This document shows, in pieces, positions 1-9,707 of a DNA stretch of 64,000 bases. Below the pieces are notes generated by a model. That model saw nothing but the letters and a program-made list of their open reading frames with translations, did no database searches and was not told the DNA's origin. Position 1 is the stretch's first letter. Each line of letters begins with the position of its first letter. This DNA comes from a virus (taxonomy: Duplodnaviria > Caudoviricetes). Location of the stretch: the IMG/VR virus record IMGVR_UViG_3300033555_000001, positions 192,001 through 256,000 of that record; one strand, 5' to 3'. The position numbers were made by a program, and so were the translations under genes.

Positions 1-2
1 AG

Positions 3-455
3 CTAACGGAAGAGCAGTGGGGAGGTTCATACCCTATTAGTTGGGACCCTATCAAAAAAGGCATTAGTGTTGACCGAGCCGTGAAAAATACATTTGGGGG
101 AGAAGGTGGGAGGTTTGACCCCTTTGATATGAATTTTTTTGTTGGCAACATCAGCCATCATGAAATAAAAACAACAACCACGAACTGGATTAAGCTTTCA
201 CCAAAAGAAAAAGAGCTTGCGGATAGCCTTTTACAGCAGAAATTAGATATGCTGTACTGGATTTATTTCCAACATCAAGCCCGAGACGACTTTCAATTTA
301 AGTGCATAGTTAGATGGAGTAAATTAACGCAAAACGATTTAATTTTCACATCACAGTACGACATGTGCAATGTTGAGCGAGAAGGTGTTTGGACAGTAGA
401 ACCAGGTTATTGTTTCTCTTTATCCCGAGCCCTGTCAACAGCTGAACCTAATTAA
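3..455 (+). CDS. 5'-truncated ORF, possible PD-(D/E)xK-fold nuclease
   Basis: Frame is open from base 3 (LTEEQWGGSYP...), so the 81 start is internal; FDPFD...HEIK spacing resembles a restriction-endonuclease active site. Confidence 0.35.
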   Translation, partial: LTEEQWGGSYPISWDPIKKGISVDRAVKNTFGGEGGRFDPFDMNFFVGNISHHEIKTTTTNWIKLSPKEKELADSLLQQKLDMLYWIYFQHQARDDFQFKCIVRWSKLTQNDLIFTSQYDMCNVEREGVWTVEPGYCFSLSRALSTAEPN

Positions 456-472
456 TAATCTTAAAAAAATTG

Positions 473-562
473 TCGCTTGTTACAATATCTCATCTCCTGT
501 CACCTACGTCGGGCGACAAAATAGGAGAAAATTAAATGACTCAAGAAAATCAAACTGCAACT
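473..562 (+). repeat. 90-bp direct repeat copy 1 (promoter, RBS and first 9 codons of the gene at 1314)
   Basis: tcgcttgttacaatatctcatctcctgtcacct...ataggagaaaattaaatgactcaaga recurs at 1251-1340 with 8 mismatches. Confidence 0.95.
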
Positions 563-604
563 GCGCTGGTGGGCGGTGGTGCACCACCGCAGTACTTGCA
601 ATGA
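536..604 (+). CDS. 22-aa leader peptide MTQENQTATALVGGGAPPQYLQ, stop overlapping the next start
   Basis: AGGAG RBS; begins like ORF 1314 (MTQDNQT); TGA 602-604 overlaps ATG 601 (ATGA). Confidence 0.5.
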   Translation: MTQENQTATALVGGGAPPQYLQ

Positions 605-1224
605 GCGATATTAATCTGATAAGAGCTTTGACAGGCAATAACCGAATTGAGCGAATTAGGCAGGCTAGGCTTGATTCAAGTTTCAATACAGTTATTGCAA
701 TATTAAAAGAATATTGCAGTGCAATACCAGCCTTTTCAGCGGACACAATTGGTCAAGAATTATTCGATGAGGTTAACAATATTGTCATCATTGCGAATTT
801 ACAGCCAGACCAAAAAAGATCAAAGGCTAAAAAAGAAGCTGATTTTAAGAGGGGGATGTTTTGCGAGTGCATGGTACGAGACGTGTTGCGTTTAGCACTT
901 GCAGAAATTGGATGGAAATGCGAGTGGCCCAACGATTCTGGGCCACGTGACCTAATTCTGACTAGCCCCGCAAAAATTAGATTTTTAGTAGATGTGAAAA
1001 CAAAGGCTGTTTTACCTGGCAAATCTGGAACTGTTACGTGTTCAGAGTCTGAGGCAAGAGCGCTGGTTAACGGCATGTACAAAAATGAAAAAATAGATGA
1101 AATACTATTAGCAATATTTAACATAAGCACAGCTGGAATTTATACATTTGCGGACGTTCGCCGCGCAAAAACAGAAGCATGGAGTCTGAGTGAGGATGGC
1201 TGCAGCTGGTATTTTGAATTTTAA
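601..1224 (+). CDS. Putative PD-(D/E)xK endonuclease (free-standing homing-type)
   Basis: E-CMVRD helix then PRDLILTS...FLVDVKTK (D...DxK); AT-rich; flanked by 90-bp repeats. Confidence 0.55.
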   Translation: MSDINLIRALTGNNRIERIRQARLDSSFNTVIAILKEYCSAIPAFSADTIGQELFDEVNNIVIIANLQPDQKRSKAKKEADFKRGMFCECMVRDVLRLALAEIGWKCEWPNDSGPRDLILTSPAKIRFLVDVKTKAVLPGKSGTVTCSESEARALVNGMYKNEKIDEILLAIFNISTAGIYTFADVRRAKTEAWSLSEDGCSWYFEF

Positions 1225-1250
1225 CCCAAACATCGCATAACCGGCAAATT

Positions 1251-1340
1251 TCGCTTGTTACAATATCTCATCTCCTGTCACCTGTGTTGGGCGACTGAAT
1301 AGGAGAAAATTAAATGACTCAAGATAATCAAACTACAATT
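1251..1340 (+). repeat. 90-bp direct repeat copy 2 (functional start of ORF 1314)
   Basis: Matches 473-562. Confidence 0.95.
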
Positions 1341-1799
1341 ATGCCAGCAGCCAATTTAGAAGCACCTCAAATCAATACTGACTGGGTTGCTGACATTGCT
1401 GACATGCATACGAAATTCGGCGTTAACACAGTTATCAGAAAACTTAATAAAGCAGACTTGGCCAAGTTCTTAAAATTTCGCGTTGATTTCTTGCAAGAAG
1501 AACTAGACGAGATGATTGCAGCCAGCGAAGACCCTGACTACAAAAAGCCAGACGCTCGTGGCGACGACATTGTCGATGCGCTGATTGACATTTGCGTTGT
1601 TGCAATTGGCACCATGAACGCGTTTGATGTTGATGCGCATACAGCATGGGCCAGAGTCCACAGTAAAAACATGGAAAAGAACGCTGGCGTCAATCCCAAT
1701 AGGCCCAACGAATTAGGACTGCCGGATCTGATCAAACCAGCTGGTTGGACTAGCCCTACACATGCGGATAATGTTGGCTTGTTAAGCAAGCTGTTTTAA
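1314..1799 (+). CDS. All-alpha NTP pyrophosphohydrolase (MazG/dimeric dUTPase-like)
   Basis: FLQEELDEM...DDIVDALIDICVVAIGT EExxE/D motif; C-terminal DLIKPAGWTSP. Confidence 0.8.
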   Translation: MTQDNQTTIMPAANLEAPQINTDWVADIADMHTKFGVNTVIRKLNKADLAKFLKFRVDFLQEELDEMIAASEDPDYKKPDARGDDIVDALIDICVVAIGTMNAFDVDAHTAWARVHSKNMEKNAGVNPNRPNELGLPDLIKPAGWTSPTHADNVGLLSKLF

Positions 1800-1800
1800 T

Positions 1801-2076
1801 ATGGAGACGCCAGTGTTAGAGACGGTACTCGCTCTTCTAAAAGAAAAGCGTAAAAAGCTGGCGTCTGTGTACAAAAGAGCCGCTGTATTAGACAAAGAAA
1901 TTTTAGAACTTGTGAAACAGCAGCAATCAATGTGTCAGCACGAAAATATTACAGACCAGTCTAGTTATTCTCCAGGCACGTATTATGATACAGACTATAC
2001 ACTTTGCTGGCGAAAGTGCAGTGACTGCGGGCTGGAGTCTGAAAGACTGACTAAGAATCACGGTAACTACGGTTGA
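1801..2076 (+). CDS. Hypothetical protein with CxH...CxxC zinc motif
   Basis: CQHE...CSDCG. Confidence 0.6.
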   Translation: METPVLETVLALLKEKRKKLASVYKRAAVLDKEILELVKQQQSMCQHENITDQSSYSPGTYYDTDYTLCWRKCSDCGLESERLTKNHGNYG

Positions 2077-2105
2077 TTTGTTCTGCTCAGAACTCTAAAT
2101 AAAGC

Positions 2106-2414
2106 ATGCCAAAAATAACCTCTCGCCCAACAGGTTCCCATTCTATCGCAGATTTAGAGCGGGCTATTCAGCCTACACTCAATGCTATTGAGTGGATGAC
2201 TGACATCATGTACATGCCTGACAATACGCATGAATCAGTAGGCTCTGCCTATGATATGCTAGAGGGCTTGCTGGACTGCATGATGCTCTCTAATTTCATT
2301 ATCATGACTTCTCCAGGTTCACCTGTTAACGAAGTGCATTTTGATGTGGCCGCTCAGCCCGTGGCCGGTGGTCCCCATTTAGCCTTTAGGGCTGCTTTTC
2401 GCGTACAACAGTAA
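2106..2414 (+). CDS. Hypothetical late protein
   Basis: TAAATA immediately upstream; compact ORF. Confidence 0.55.
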   Translation: MPKITSRPTGSHSIADLERAIQPTLNAIEWMTDIMYMPDNTHESVGSAYDMLEGLLDCMMLSNFIIMTSPGSPVNEVHFDVAAQPVAGGPHLAFRAAFRVQQ

Positions 2415-2450
2415 TCGTGTAAATAGGTCTCCTGACTTAAAGGTTTCAGC

Positions 2451-3320
2451 ATGCGCCGCTTCGACATTTTAAATATTACGCCAAGTACAAATCCAACTGT
2501 CCCGTCTACTATTGAGATTGGGCTAGATTTTTCTGGTGTATTTCATGGCCGTGAATGGTCCAGCGAAACTGGACTGCGCTCGCCAGCCTATACATACACC
2601 CCTGGCACAGCGCCAAGCGGCACAGTTCAAGTAGTTGCCACTACATTTGAGGTGCAGGGAAATTCAAAGTACCGCGGCAAATATACCGTTTACACACAAC
2701 CTGAAGGTGGGTTGCCCTCTAGCCAGTACGATCAAAACAGTGGTCGCACGTTTATTAGAATTAATGAAGTAATACCATCTAACGGAACTCCAGAGGAGCT
2801 TAGCACTGGATTTATTACCCGTGTAAGTACGTATTTGTTTATTGTTGCGGGCGAAGCTGATCTTATTGTACTTGAACAGAGTCATAATGATACGCGGCCA
2901 ATTGGGTTACTTGGTCAGCTGTCAAGTGGTTGGGGAGAAACTCTGTTTCAGAACCAGCTGCGACAGGCACAAAGTTTTGCAGATACTACCGCACCGCTGA
3001 ATCCATTTCAGGGACAACAGTGGTTTGACACCATGAACTCAGTGCTCATGATTAGAAACAATAACGCGTGGGGCGTTGTTAACGCAGAGTATTTTGGTGG
3101 CGCACCATACCGCCATGAGCAAACTGTTCCAAGTGCTCTGTGGGAAATTGCGCACAACTTAAATGCTGCTGCGCCGTTTGTTCTGTCAACTGACTTTTTT
3201 GTTGAGGTAGCCGGAATCATCCGGGCAATTTTGCCATCAGAAATTAATTTTATTGATGCTAATAATATCCAAGCGGTGTTCACCGAACCATTTGCCGGAG
3301 TAGCTTTACTTCGTCGATAA
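2451..3320 (+). CDS. Virion structural protein (tail fibre/baseplate-associated module)
   Basis: WGETLFQNQLRQAQSFA..APLNPFQGQQWFD motif typical of jumbo-phage fibre/baseplate proteins; TAAATA upstream. Confidence 0.55.
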   Translation: MRRFDILNITPSTNPTVPSTIEIGLDFSGVFHGREWSSETGLRSPAYTYTPGTAPSGTVQVVATTFEVQGNSKYRGKYTVYTQPEGGLPSSQYDQNSGRTFIRINEVIPSNGTPEELSTGFITRVSTYLFIVAGEADLIVLEQSHNDTRPIGLLGQLSSGWGETLFQNQLRQAQSFADTTAPLNPFQGQQWFDTMNSVLMIRNNNAWGVVNAEYFGGAPYRHEQTVPSALWEIAHNLNAAAPFVLSTDFFVEVAGIIRAILPSEINFIDANNIQAVFTEPFAGVALLRR

Positions 3321-3383
3321 CCTGCGCAGGCTGACTGTCTGCGTGTATTTCCCTTCTTGAAAAACCTGTGGTATAATAGGCAC

Positions 3384-3995
3384 ATGAATATTTTTGTGCT
3401 AAATGCTGACCCACATCTTGCTGCTCGCGATCACTGCGACAAGCACATAGTTAAAATGATCCTGGAATATGGCCAGCTTCTGTCCAGTGCTCACAGATTA
3501 CTTGATGGCAAACCTATTTTACTCATTAAACCAAATAATAAAGCGCAGCAATTATTGCTGTTGCCTAGTGAAGTGTTTGAGCTCAATGAGGAAAAGGGTA
3601 GATATTACATTAGCAACCCGCTCATGTATTCCATGACACATGCAAATCATCCCAGTGCCAGTTGGGCGCGGCAGTCCGTTGGGAATTATAATTGGTTGTT
3701 TGCGCTGTTTGACGGGTGTCTAGCGGAGTACACAAAACGCTACGGCAAAGTTCACTTGGCAGCACGAATTAAACCGGCAGTAGAGCAGGCACCGCGCAAT
3801 ATTCCAACTGGAGAGCTTACACCATTTGCGCTTGCAATGCCAGAACAATACAGGGTTGCTGATGCAGTTACTTCTTACCAGAATTACTACGTTCATGACA
3901 AGATTCGCTTTGCAAAGTGGACAAACACACCAGCGCCCGAATGGTTTGTCAGCAGGTCAGGCCTGGATTCATCCAATTTCGAAAGATCGCGTTGA
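3384..3995 (+). CDS. denV: Pyrimidine-dimer DNA glycosylase (endonuclease V family)
   Basis: MNIF.L......A..HCDKH.VKMILE..QLLS.AH; THANHPSASW; TATAAT upstream of ATG 3384. Confidence 0.8.
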   Translation: MNIFVLNADPHLAARDHCDKHIVKMILEYGQLLSSAHRLLDGKPILLIKPNNKAQQLLLLPSEVFELNEEKGRYYISNPLMYSMTHANHPSASWARQSVGNYNWLFALFDGCLAEYTKRYGKVHLAARIKPAVEQAPRNIPTGELTPFALAMPEQYRVADAVTSYQNYYVHDKIRFAKWTNTPAPEWFVSRSGLDSSNFERSR

Positions 3996-4171
3996 GTTCG
4001 CCAAAGCCCGGGTAAAAGTACTTGATGCCATGTACCGCGAGCTGTCACGCAGAAGACACTTGTTTGGCGCTCGACCAGTGCACATTCAGTCCGCAATTGA
4101 TTTGCTGCTGACCGAAAAATTATCTCTGCAGCTTGAGATTGAAATTATTTCGCAGCATTTAGAGAAAAATA

Positions 4172-4342
4172 ATGGCAACAACACAGTCACTTGATAATTT
4201 CATTCAAGAGCAGCATGATTTACTTGATAAGTTTAGATTAACTTGGCTGTGTGAAGCTGAGAAAAACCCAAAACTGTTTCCGGTTGAGATGCCTCTTGGA
4301 GATTGGGATGTGCAGTTCGCAATTTATCAGGATAGCAATTAA
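4172..4342 (+). CDS. 56-aa hypothetical protein (below ORF-track cutoff)
   Basis: Hand-translated MATTQSLDNFIQEQHDLLDKFRLTWLCEAEKNPKLFPVEMPLGDWDVQFAIYQDSN; fills the gap. Confidence 0.55.
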   Translation: MATTQSLDNFIQEQHDLLDKFRLTWLCEAEKNPKLFPVEMPLGDWDVQFAIYQDSN

Positions 4343-4397
4343 TGTTAACCGCAAATAAAAGTGTTCTAGTAATCAACGCTGTGCTAAAGGTGCTGAC

Positions 4398-4592
4398 ATG
4401 ACTCTTGAAGAAATACAATTACGTGATGACTTTGCTGGCTTGGCGCTACAGGGATTACTGTCGTCTTGCGGGCCGCACTGGGATATTGGTGCCGATAAAA
4501 GGTATCTGGCTAAGGAGTGTTATCAGTATGCAGACAGCATGATACAGGCTCGAGCAGAATTGGTCAACCAGGAGAGAAATCGGGCAGTGTGA
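4398..4592 (+). CDS. Small phage hypothetical protein
   Basis: LRDDFAGLALQGLL...YADSMIQAR resembles a widespread small phage protein motif. Confidence 0.65.
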   Translation: MTLEEIQLRDDFAGLALQGLLSSCGPHWDIGADKRYLAKECYQYADSMIQARAELVNQERNRAV

Positions 4593-4647
4593 AATTTGCA
4601 CCGCTGTTTCCCTCACCCACCTGCTTTTAAAAATTTCGCAACCAGGT

Positions 4648-4830
4648 TCACTCTTCTAAGAGTGGTATTTTAAACTCTATTCCTGGCTTTGGGACTCTGT
4701 TGTTATTCAGCGTGTTAAATTCTACGTGTAGTAATTTAAGTTCTTCCCGGGTATAATTATGCCTGCCAAGTAATCTGAACACGGCGTCAATAGTTTCTGT
4801 TGGTCTGAAAGTGTGAAGAACGAATCGCAT
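4648..4830 (-). CDS. Small LysM-like protein
   Basis: HTFRPTETIDAV...FNTLNN..VPKPGIEFKIP fits the LysM pattern. Confidence 0.4.
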   Translation of the reverse strand: MRFVLHTFRPTETIDAVFRLLGRHNYTREELKLLHVEFNTLNNNRVPKPGIEFKIPLLEE

Positions 4831-4862
4831 CTGATATTAAAGGATCGCGGCCGTGTAAATAG

Positions 4863-6800
4863 GTGATTACACCTACAGATCCCGCCATGCTAGATACCTT
4901 TACAGAATTAACTACTCATGACTTGTGGGTAGAGGCTCGTCAATTTGAACTTGAGATGACCCGGCCATCAGCCGATACAGTTAAATTAACGGTGCGACGC
5001 CCAAGTGCGCTGCGTGCGGTTGATGGAGCCGTGATTCTTTTAAGCACACGACCATTTGATCCTAATAATTTTCCAGTTGACGGCCGGCAGTACGCTAATC
5101 CGTCGCAGGTTTTTAATCAAGCTGGAGCTGACGCGATTAATAACGCGCAAGTTGTTGCATTTTATTCTGGCAGTACTGGGAATGCGCTACCAACCGGAAC
5201 TTTAAACGGTGATGTAGTTGCTTTTCCAGAGGGTGAACAGCGGCTAGATCCGTTTGTTGCTGAATTTGCAATTACTGTTACTAACACTGATCCAAACACA
5301 GTGTACTATGCCAGCGTGCACGCGGCCAGTAATGTGCTGCAGTATTTTCCACTTGGTATTCAGTCTTATCCGCTTGACGCCACGGGCGGCGGTCGTGAAA
5401 CAAGTTCCTATACCGGGTCTATTCCATCACTGCCGGGTGCGCCGACCTCTCCAACGCCAGGCATGGTTTATTTTGACCAGCAATTAAATCTAGTGCAGTA
5501 CTGGGATTCAACTCGCGGTGTGTGGATTCCTACTCGTACTGACAGTATTATCTCTGGTGATTTTAATCCCGGGTTACCTGGCCAAGCGTACTTGCTAACA
5601 GGAAACTCTGTTCGGATCTTTGACGGCAAGCGCTGGGTTTCAGCATCACAGGCGAACTTGCAGCTACGGCAAGGCGTGCAGTGGATACCACTTAACTCAG
5701 TCTCAGCGCTCATTGAGCTGCCCGCAGCCCCACAACCCGGCGACCTTGTGTACTCTTACACGAGTCAGCGCGTGCAGTACTGGGACGGCTTGGCATGGCA
5801 GATCCCAACTCCTAGCACTACGCTGTTCAGCACAGGTACCACATTTATTCCAGCGTTTACAACGCCCTTTTCAATTGAGCCAGTTGACTTGATTACCCCG
5901 TACATTGGGCTTTTGTTCTATAACTTAAAAGATCACGCGCTATTAGTCTGGGGTGGAGCAGGTTGGGAGCAAGTAAACACGGCTCAGGCCGGCGTTTCAA
6001 CAACAAATAAAATTGGTATTGGCGACGATGGTACCTATGAGTCCAGACTGCGAACAATCAATAATCTTAAATCTCAGTTAGGCTGGCCAGCGCTCTGTAT
6101 TGAGCTGTCAGAAGAACAGTTTAACGTGGCAATAGACAACGCGCTGGACACTTACCGCCAGTTGTGTATTGGCGCGTACGAGCAGAAATTTATGATCTTT
6201 ACGCTTATGAAAGATCAGGCTGTTTATTACCTGAACTCGCAAGTAGACCGTACTGACGCAGTAGTAACCGTAATGAAAGTACACCGGTTAAATTTAGCCG
6301 GAGCCACTGGTGGCGGTCCAGAGAACGTTTGGGGCCAGGCATTTGCGCAGAATTTTTACAACATGTCAGGTGGGGGCGGTGACTTGCTGAGCTCGCACTT
6401 AGTGCACGCGTGGTCGGAGGAGTTCAACAGAATTTTTGCAGGTGATATTCCGTTTATCTGGAATGAGGCCAGGCGTGAATTGACGCTAAAGAGAGCAATC
6501 AGAGCCGGTGAAAAAGTAGTGCTTGAAGTTGAGCTTGAACGATCTGAACAAGAGTTACTGCAAGACCGGTGGTGTAAGCAGTTTCTTCAGAATTGGGCGC
6601 TTGCTGAGTGCAAAGAGTACTTGGGGTTAATTAGAACAAAGTACTCCAGCGGAACTCCTGGGCCGGCTGGTTCAATTACGCTGAACGGTGACACACTGCT
6701 CGCTGAAGCACGTCAGGACTTTGCTGAGCTTAAGCAGGGTATTCTTGATTATGAGTACCAGAACGCAGAGCATGGTAACGTATCTTTTGGAATGTTTTAG
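4863..6800 (+). CDS. Neck/head-tail adaptor protein (T4 gp13-like C-terminal domain) with N-terminal extension
   Basis: LKSQLGWPALCIELSEEQFNVAIDNALDTY...GSITLNGDTLLAEA; TAAATA upstream; position in neck-sheath-tube block. Confidence 0.7.
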   Translation: MITPTDPAMLDTFTELTTHDLWVEARQFELEMTRPSADTVKLTVRRPSALRAVDGAVILLSTRPFDPNNFPVDGRQYANPSQVFNQAGADAINNAQVVAFYSGSTGNALPTGTLNGDVVAFPEGEQRLDPFVAEFAITVTNTDPNTVYYASVHAASNVLQYFPLGIQSYPLDATGGGRETSSYTGSIPSLPGAPTSPTPGMVYFDQQLNLVQYWDSTRGVWIPTRTDSIISGDFNPGLPGQAYLLTGNSVRIFDGKRWVSASQANLQLRQGVQWIPLNSVSALIELPAAPQPGDLVYSYTSQRVQYWDGLAWQIPTPSTTLFSTGTTFIPAFTTPFSIEPVDLITPYIGLLFYNLKDHALLVWGGAGWEQVNTAQAGVSTTNKIGIGDDGTYESRLRTINNLKSQLGWPALCIELSEEQFNVAIDNALDTYRQLCIGAYEQKFMIFTLMKDQAVYYLNSQVDRTDAVVTVMKVHRLNLAGATGGGPENVWGQAFAQNFYNMSGGGGDLLSSHLVHAWSEEFNRIFAGDIPFIWNEARRELTLKRAIRAGEKVVLEVELERSEQELLQDRWCKQFLQNWALAECKEYLGLIRTKYSSGTPGPAGSITLNGDTLLAEARQDFAELKQGILDYEYQNAEHGNVSFGMF

Positions 6801-6910
6801 GAATGATTTAAAACCGGCGGCGCGGTCTGTGTATCTTGTAATGCCTAAATACAAAACACTATTTGTCACCTAATGCCTCTATAATCGCGCATTTGCAACA
6901 TGGAAACTAA

Positions 6911-8791
6911 ATGACTCTGCCTATTACCAAATGTCCTGAAGGAGTTGGATCTATCTACGCCGATGGAACACGCACTGTGGGCGGTGTAGTTCCAGGCGGA
7001 TCAGTCGTTGGTGCCAGCACCGGTAACAGGTACACGCACACAAATCCATACGTGACGCCTGACATCTGCCTTGGCACTTTTAATCTGCTGGACTGTCAAG
7101 ATCTCTACCAGGAGCAATTGGCCGCTGAAAATTTAAATATCAGCGGTGCTCCATTAAACGTCTTTAAACTGCTTGGCGTACACGAGCAGGGAAAATTAAT
7201 CGATTTAGTCGGTGGTGGTCAGGCGCTAAACAGTACGGCACCTGCGTTTGACACCTTAGAATCAAACTGGGTGAGCGACCAGACGGGCATGGGGGTACTG
7301 ACTGCGCCATCATGGATTGGTTATGACTTTGGCACTATTAAGACTTCATTTGGACAAGACACCACTGCACCTGGATCACCAGCCGCCCAGCACATTACCT
7401 CTCTTAGAATAAGTCAGCCATCTAATGGTCGCCGCGCCCTACAAATAAGAGTAGATCGCAGTACTGGTGGCTTTGCGGTGGATCCACTTAAGGTGCAGTA
7501 CACTGGAACCGGTACTGGCTATTTTGCCGATTTTGCGTCAGGTGCCGGTGCCACCCCGGGATCTTTTATGCTCCTGGCTAATACTCCCACAAGCTTTACC
7601 GTTTACTACACCACGGCCACAACGGAGGTGGTAGGCGTGCTTACCGTTGGCGTTAGATTCAATTCACCATACGGTTCTTTTGTTGTACAAGCTGGCGCTG
7701 TGCCCTTTGGTGTTGGCGACATGTTCAGAGTGCCAGTTGAGCTTGAGTGGTACCGAGTTGATGTTGTTAACTTGCCAGACGTTCCAACCCCTGCGTTAAT
7801 TCGTATTAAGCAGTCATCGCCCTCGCGGTACTGGCGTGTTGTGCCAACATCGTTCAGCGGCGTCACGAGCGGTGAGGCGTGGGAAGTTGAGCAATTAGAA
7901 CTCTTTGACTTTCAAGCCACTCGTCTTGACGATGTTCAGGATCAGTTGTTTCTTGAAAACAGGGATCGGGACTATGCTAAACAGTCAGTGCAGTTTAAGG
8001 TAACTTACCAGCCATTTGACTCGCAGTCTGATCTCTCCAAATTCGGCTTTCAAGTATCAGACATTTATTCGTTTACTACTGTATTCAGCACAATGGTGCG
8101 TGCTCTTGGCCGGCCAATTGTAATTGGCGACGTGCTTGAAGTACCAAGTGAAATGCAGTACGATCACAACCTACGGCCAGTCCGAAAATTTCTAACGGTT
8201 ACTGATACTGGCTGGGCCAGTGACGGTTATACCACAAGCTGGCGGCCTATTACCTTTAAATTTCAGGCTGAACAGCTAATCCCAAGCCAAGAAACCAGAG
8301 ATATATTGGGAACGGTAGACACGCAAAAGTACGCCATTGATGACAGCGACTTTTTTGCCGGTATTCAGCAAATTCAAACTGGCCCGCTTACCTCCACCGA
8401 GGCAACAAACGCTGAGGCCGCCCTTGCAACGCCGGAAAAAGGCGAGCAATCACGTGAACTGGCCTCTGGAACAAATAGATTCCAGCGCCCTGGCAGCACA
8501 GATCAAGTAGGCCTCTACGTTGAAGATGGCCTGCCGCCCGGCGGCTTACCGTACACCGAAGCCTTTAAGCTGCCAGATGTAGGTGGTGCAGTTGACGGCC
8601 AGTATTTCAGGCTGAACTACGATCCAAAATTAAATATTGCTTCTCGACTGTACAAATTTAATGGTATTAAAAATACCTGGATGTACGAGGAAACTGACCG
8701 CCGCAGTGAACGCAACAGCATGAAACCATCGCAGCGTGAAGTGTTTAACCAACCTATTGTTGCATCGCTTACCACAAAGAGGATTACATGA
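6911..8791 (+). CDS. Neck/head-closure protein (T4 gp14-like) with inserted domains
   Basis: AENLNISGAPLNVFKLLG...FLENRDRDY...DLSKFG...IGDVLEVP; synteny. Confidence 0.65.
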   Translation: MTLPITKCPEGVGSIYADGTRTVGGVVPGGSVVGASTGNRYTHTNPYVTPDICLGTFNLLDCQDLYQEQLAAENLNISGAPLNVFKLLGVHEQGKLIDLVGGGQALNSTAPAFDTLESNWVSDQTGMGVLTAPSWIGYDFGTIKTSFGQDTTAPGSPAAQHITSLRISQPSNGRRALQIRVDRSTGGFAVDPLKVQYTGTGTGYFADFASGAGATPGSFMLLANTPTSFTVYYTTATTEVVGVLTVGVRFNSPYGSFVVQAGAVPFGVGDMFRVPVELEWYRVDVVNLPDVPTPALIRIKQSSPSRYWRVVPTSFSGVTSGEAWEVEQLELFDFQATRLDDVQDQLFLENRDRDYAKQSVQFKVTYQPFDSQSDLSKFGFQVSDIYSFTTVFSTMVRALGRPIVIGDVLEVPSEMQYDHNLRPVRKFLTVTDTGWASDGYTTSWRPITFKFQAEQLIPSQETRDILGTVDTQKYAIDDSDFFAGIQQIQTGPLTSTEATNAEAALATPEKGEQSRELASGTNRFQRPGSTDQVGLYVEDGLPPGGLPYTEAFKLPDVGGAVDGQYFRLNYDPKLNIASRLYKFNGIKNTWMYEETDRRSERNSMKPSQREVFNQPIVASLTTKRIT

Positions 8792-9222
8792 TCACGTTTA
8801 AGCAGTATATTAATGAGCAGGTAGCTGTTAATGTACCGCGCGTATTGTTTCATGCTGCACCTAGCAAATATAAACAAGATATTTTAAAACAAGGTCTTAA
8901 GCCTAGTAAAGGCGGCACGACGTTTTTAAATAGAACGTATTCAGCACGCGTTCATTTATGTACTAGGATTGAAGCGGCATGGGACTTCACAATGAGCATC
9001 AACGCACGCCGTGAGCAGGGTGAAGATGAAATTGAGTATGACATTTTCCACATAAACGTTGAAGAGCTTCCAGAAAATACTGAATTTTATACAGATCCAG
9101 CGTTTGACCACTTTGGGGTTTGGACTGAAGGTGTAATTCCGGCAACATCAATTGTTAAAGTTACTAAAGTTGATCATGACTGGGAACCGGATGATGATTA
9201 CTACGCTGGAAAAAATGAATAA
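8788..9222 (+). CDS. ADP-ribosyltransferase-fold (Tpt1/KptA-like) protein with capsid-targeting-like N-terminus
   Basis: LFHAA...ILKQGLKPS...RVHLC...IPATSI; N-terminus MITFKQYINE. Confidence 0.5.
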   Translation: MITFKQYINEQVAVNVPRVLFHAAPSKYKQDILKQGLKPSKGGTTFLNRTYSARVHLCTRIEAAWDFTMSINARREQGEDEIEYDIFHINVEELPENTEFYTDPAFDHFGVWTEGVIPATSIVKVTKVDHDWEPDDDYYAGKNE

Positions 9223-9251
9223 GCAATATAACTTGCAACCAAGAGGATTAC

Positions 9252-9695
9252 ATGAGATTAGATGAAATTAAAAAGCAGCTCACCCGCGCAGAAAAAGACG
9301 CCAAGCGAGATGCTGGTAAGAATGAACTGGCCAAGATTGATGCCGCAAACAAAGAAAAAGCGCTTGCAGCCAGGGATGCTAAGTACAACAACGGTGAGGC
9401 TCTTACAATTAAGCTCCCGGTAATTGGATCTAATGGTAAAATTACTACTCAGGAATTTATAATTGATAACTACCTGAAGCAGCGGCACGCCATGCAGGAT
9501 GTGCGGTTAAAGGATTTGAGCAAAGTGCCAGCTCTGCCCGGCGATCGTAAAGAAAAATCTTCATTTATTATTGACATGAATACCAAACACACAGAAGGTT
9601 CAATTGCCGCGTATTTGCACGGGCTGCCAAGTGGCACAAAACGCAAGGCTGGTGCAGAGCCAAACGATTTTAGACGAGAAGCGTACACGGCGTAA
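9252..9695 (+). CDS. Basic hypothetical protein, possible internal head protein
   Basis: MRLDEIKK start; Lys-rich. Confidence 0.5.
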   Translation: MRLDEIKKQLTRAEKDAKRDAGKNELAKIDAANKEKALAARDAKYNNGEALTIKLPVIGSNGKITTQEFIIDNYLKQRHAMQDVRLKDLSKVPALPGDRKEKSSFIIDMNTKHTEGSIAAYLHGLPSGTKRKAGAEPNDFRREAYTA

Positions 9696-9707
9696 CTGGG
9701 ATACATT

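Noticed and set aside
3826-4194. 122-aa ORF overlapping denV
   Set aside because: Overlaps 170 bp of denV and the 4172 ORF with no clear RBS; at most a shorter gene from ATG 4030
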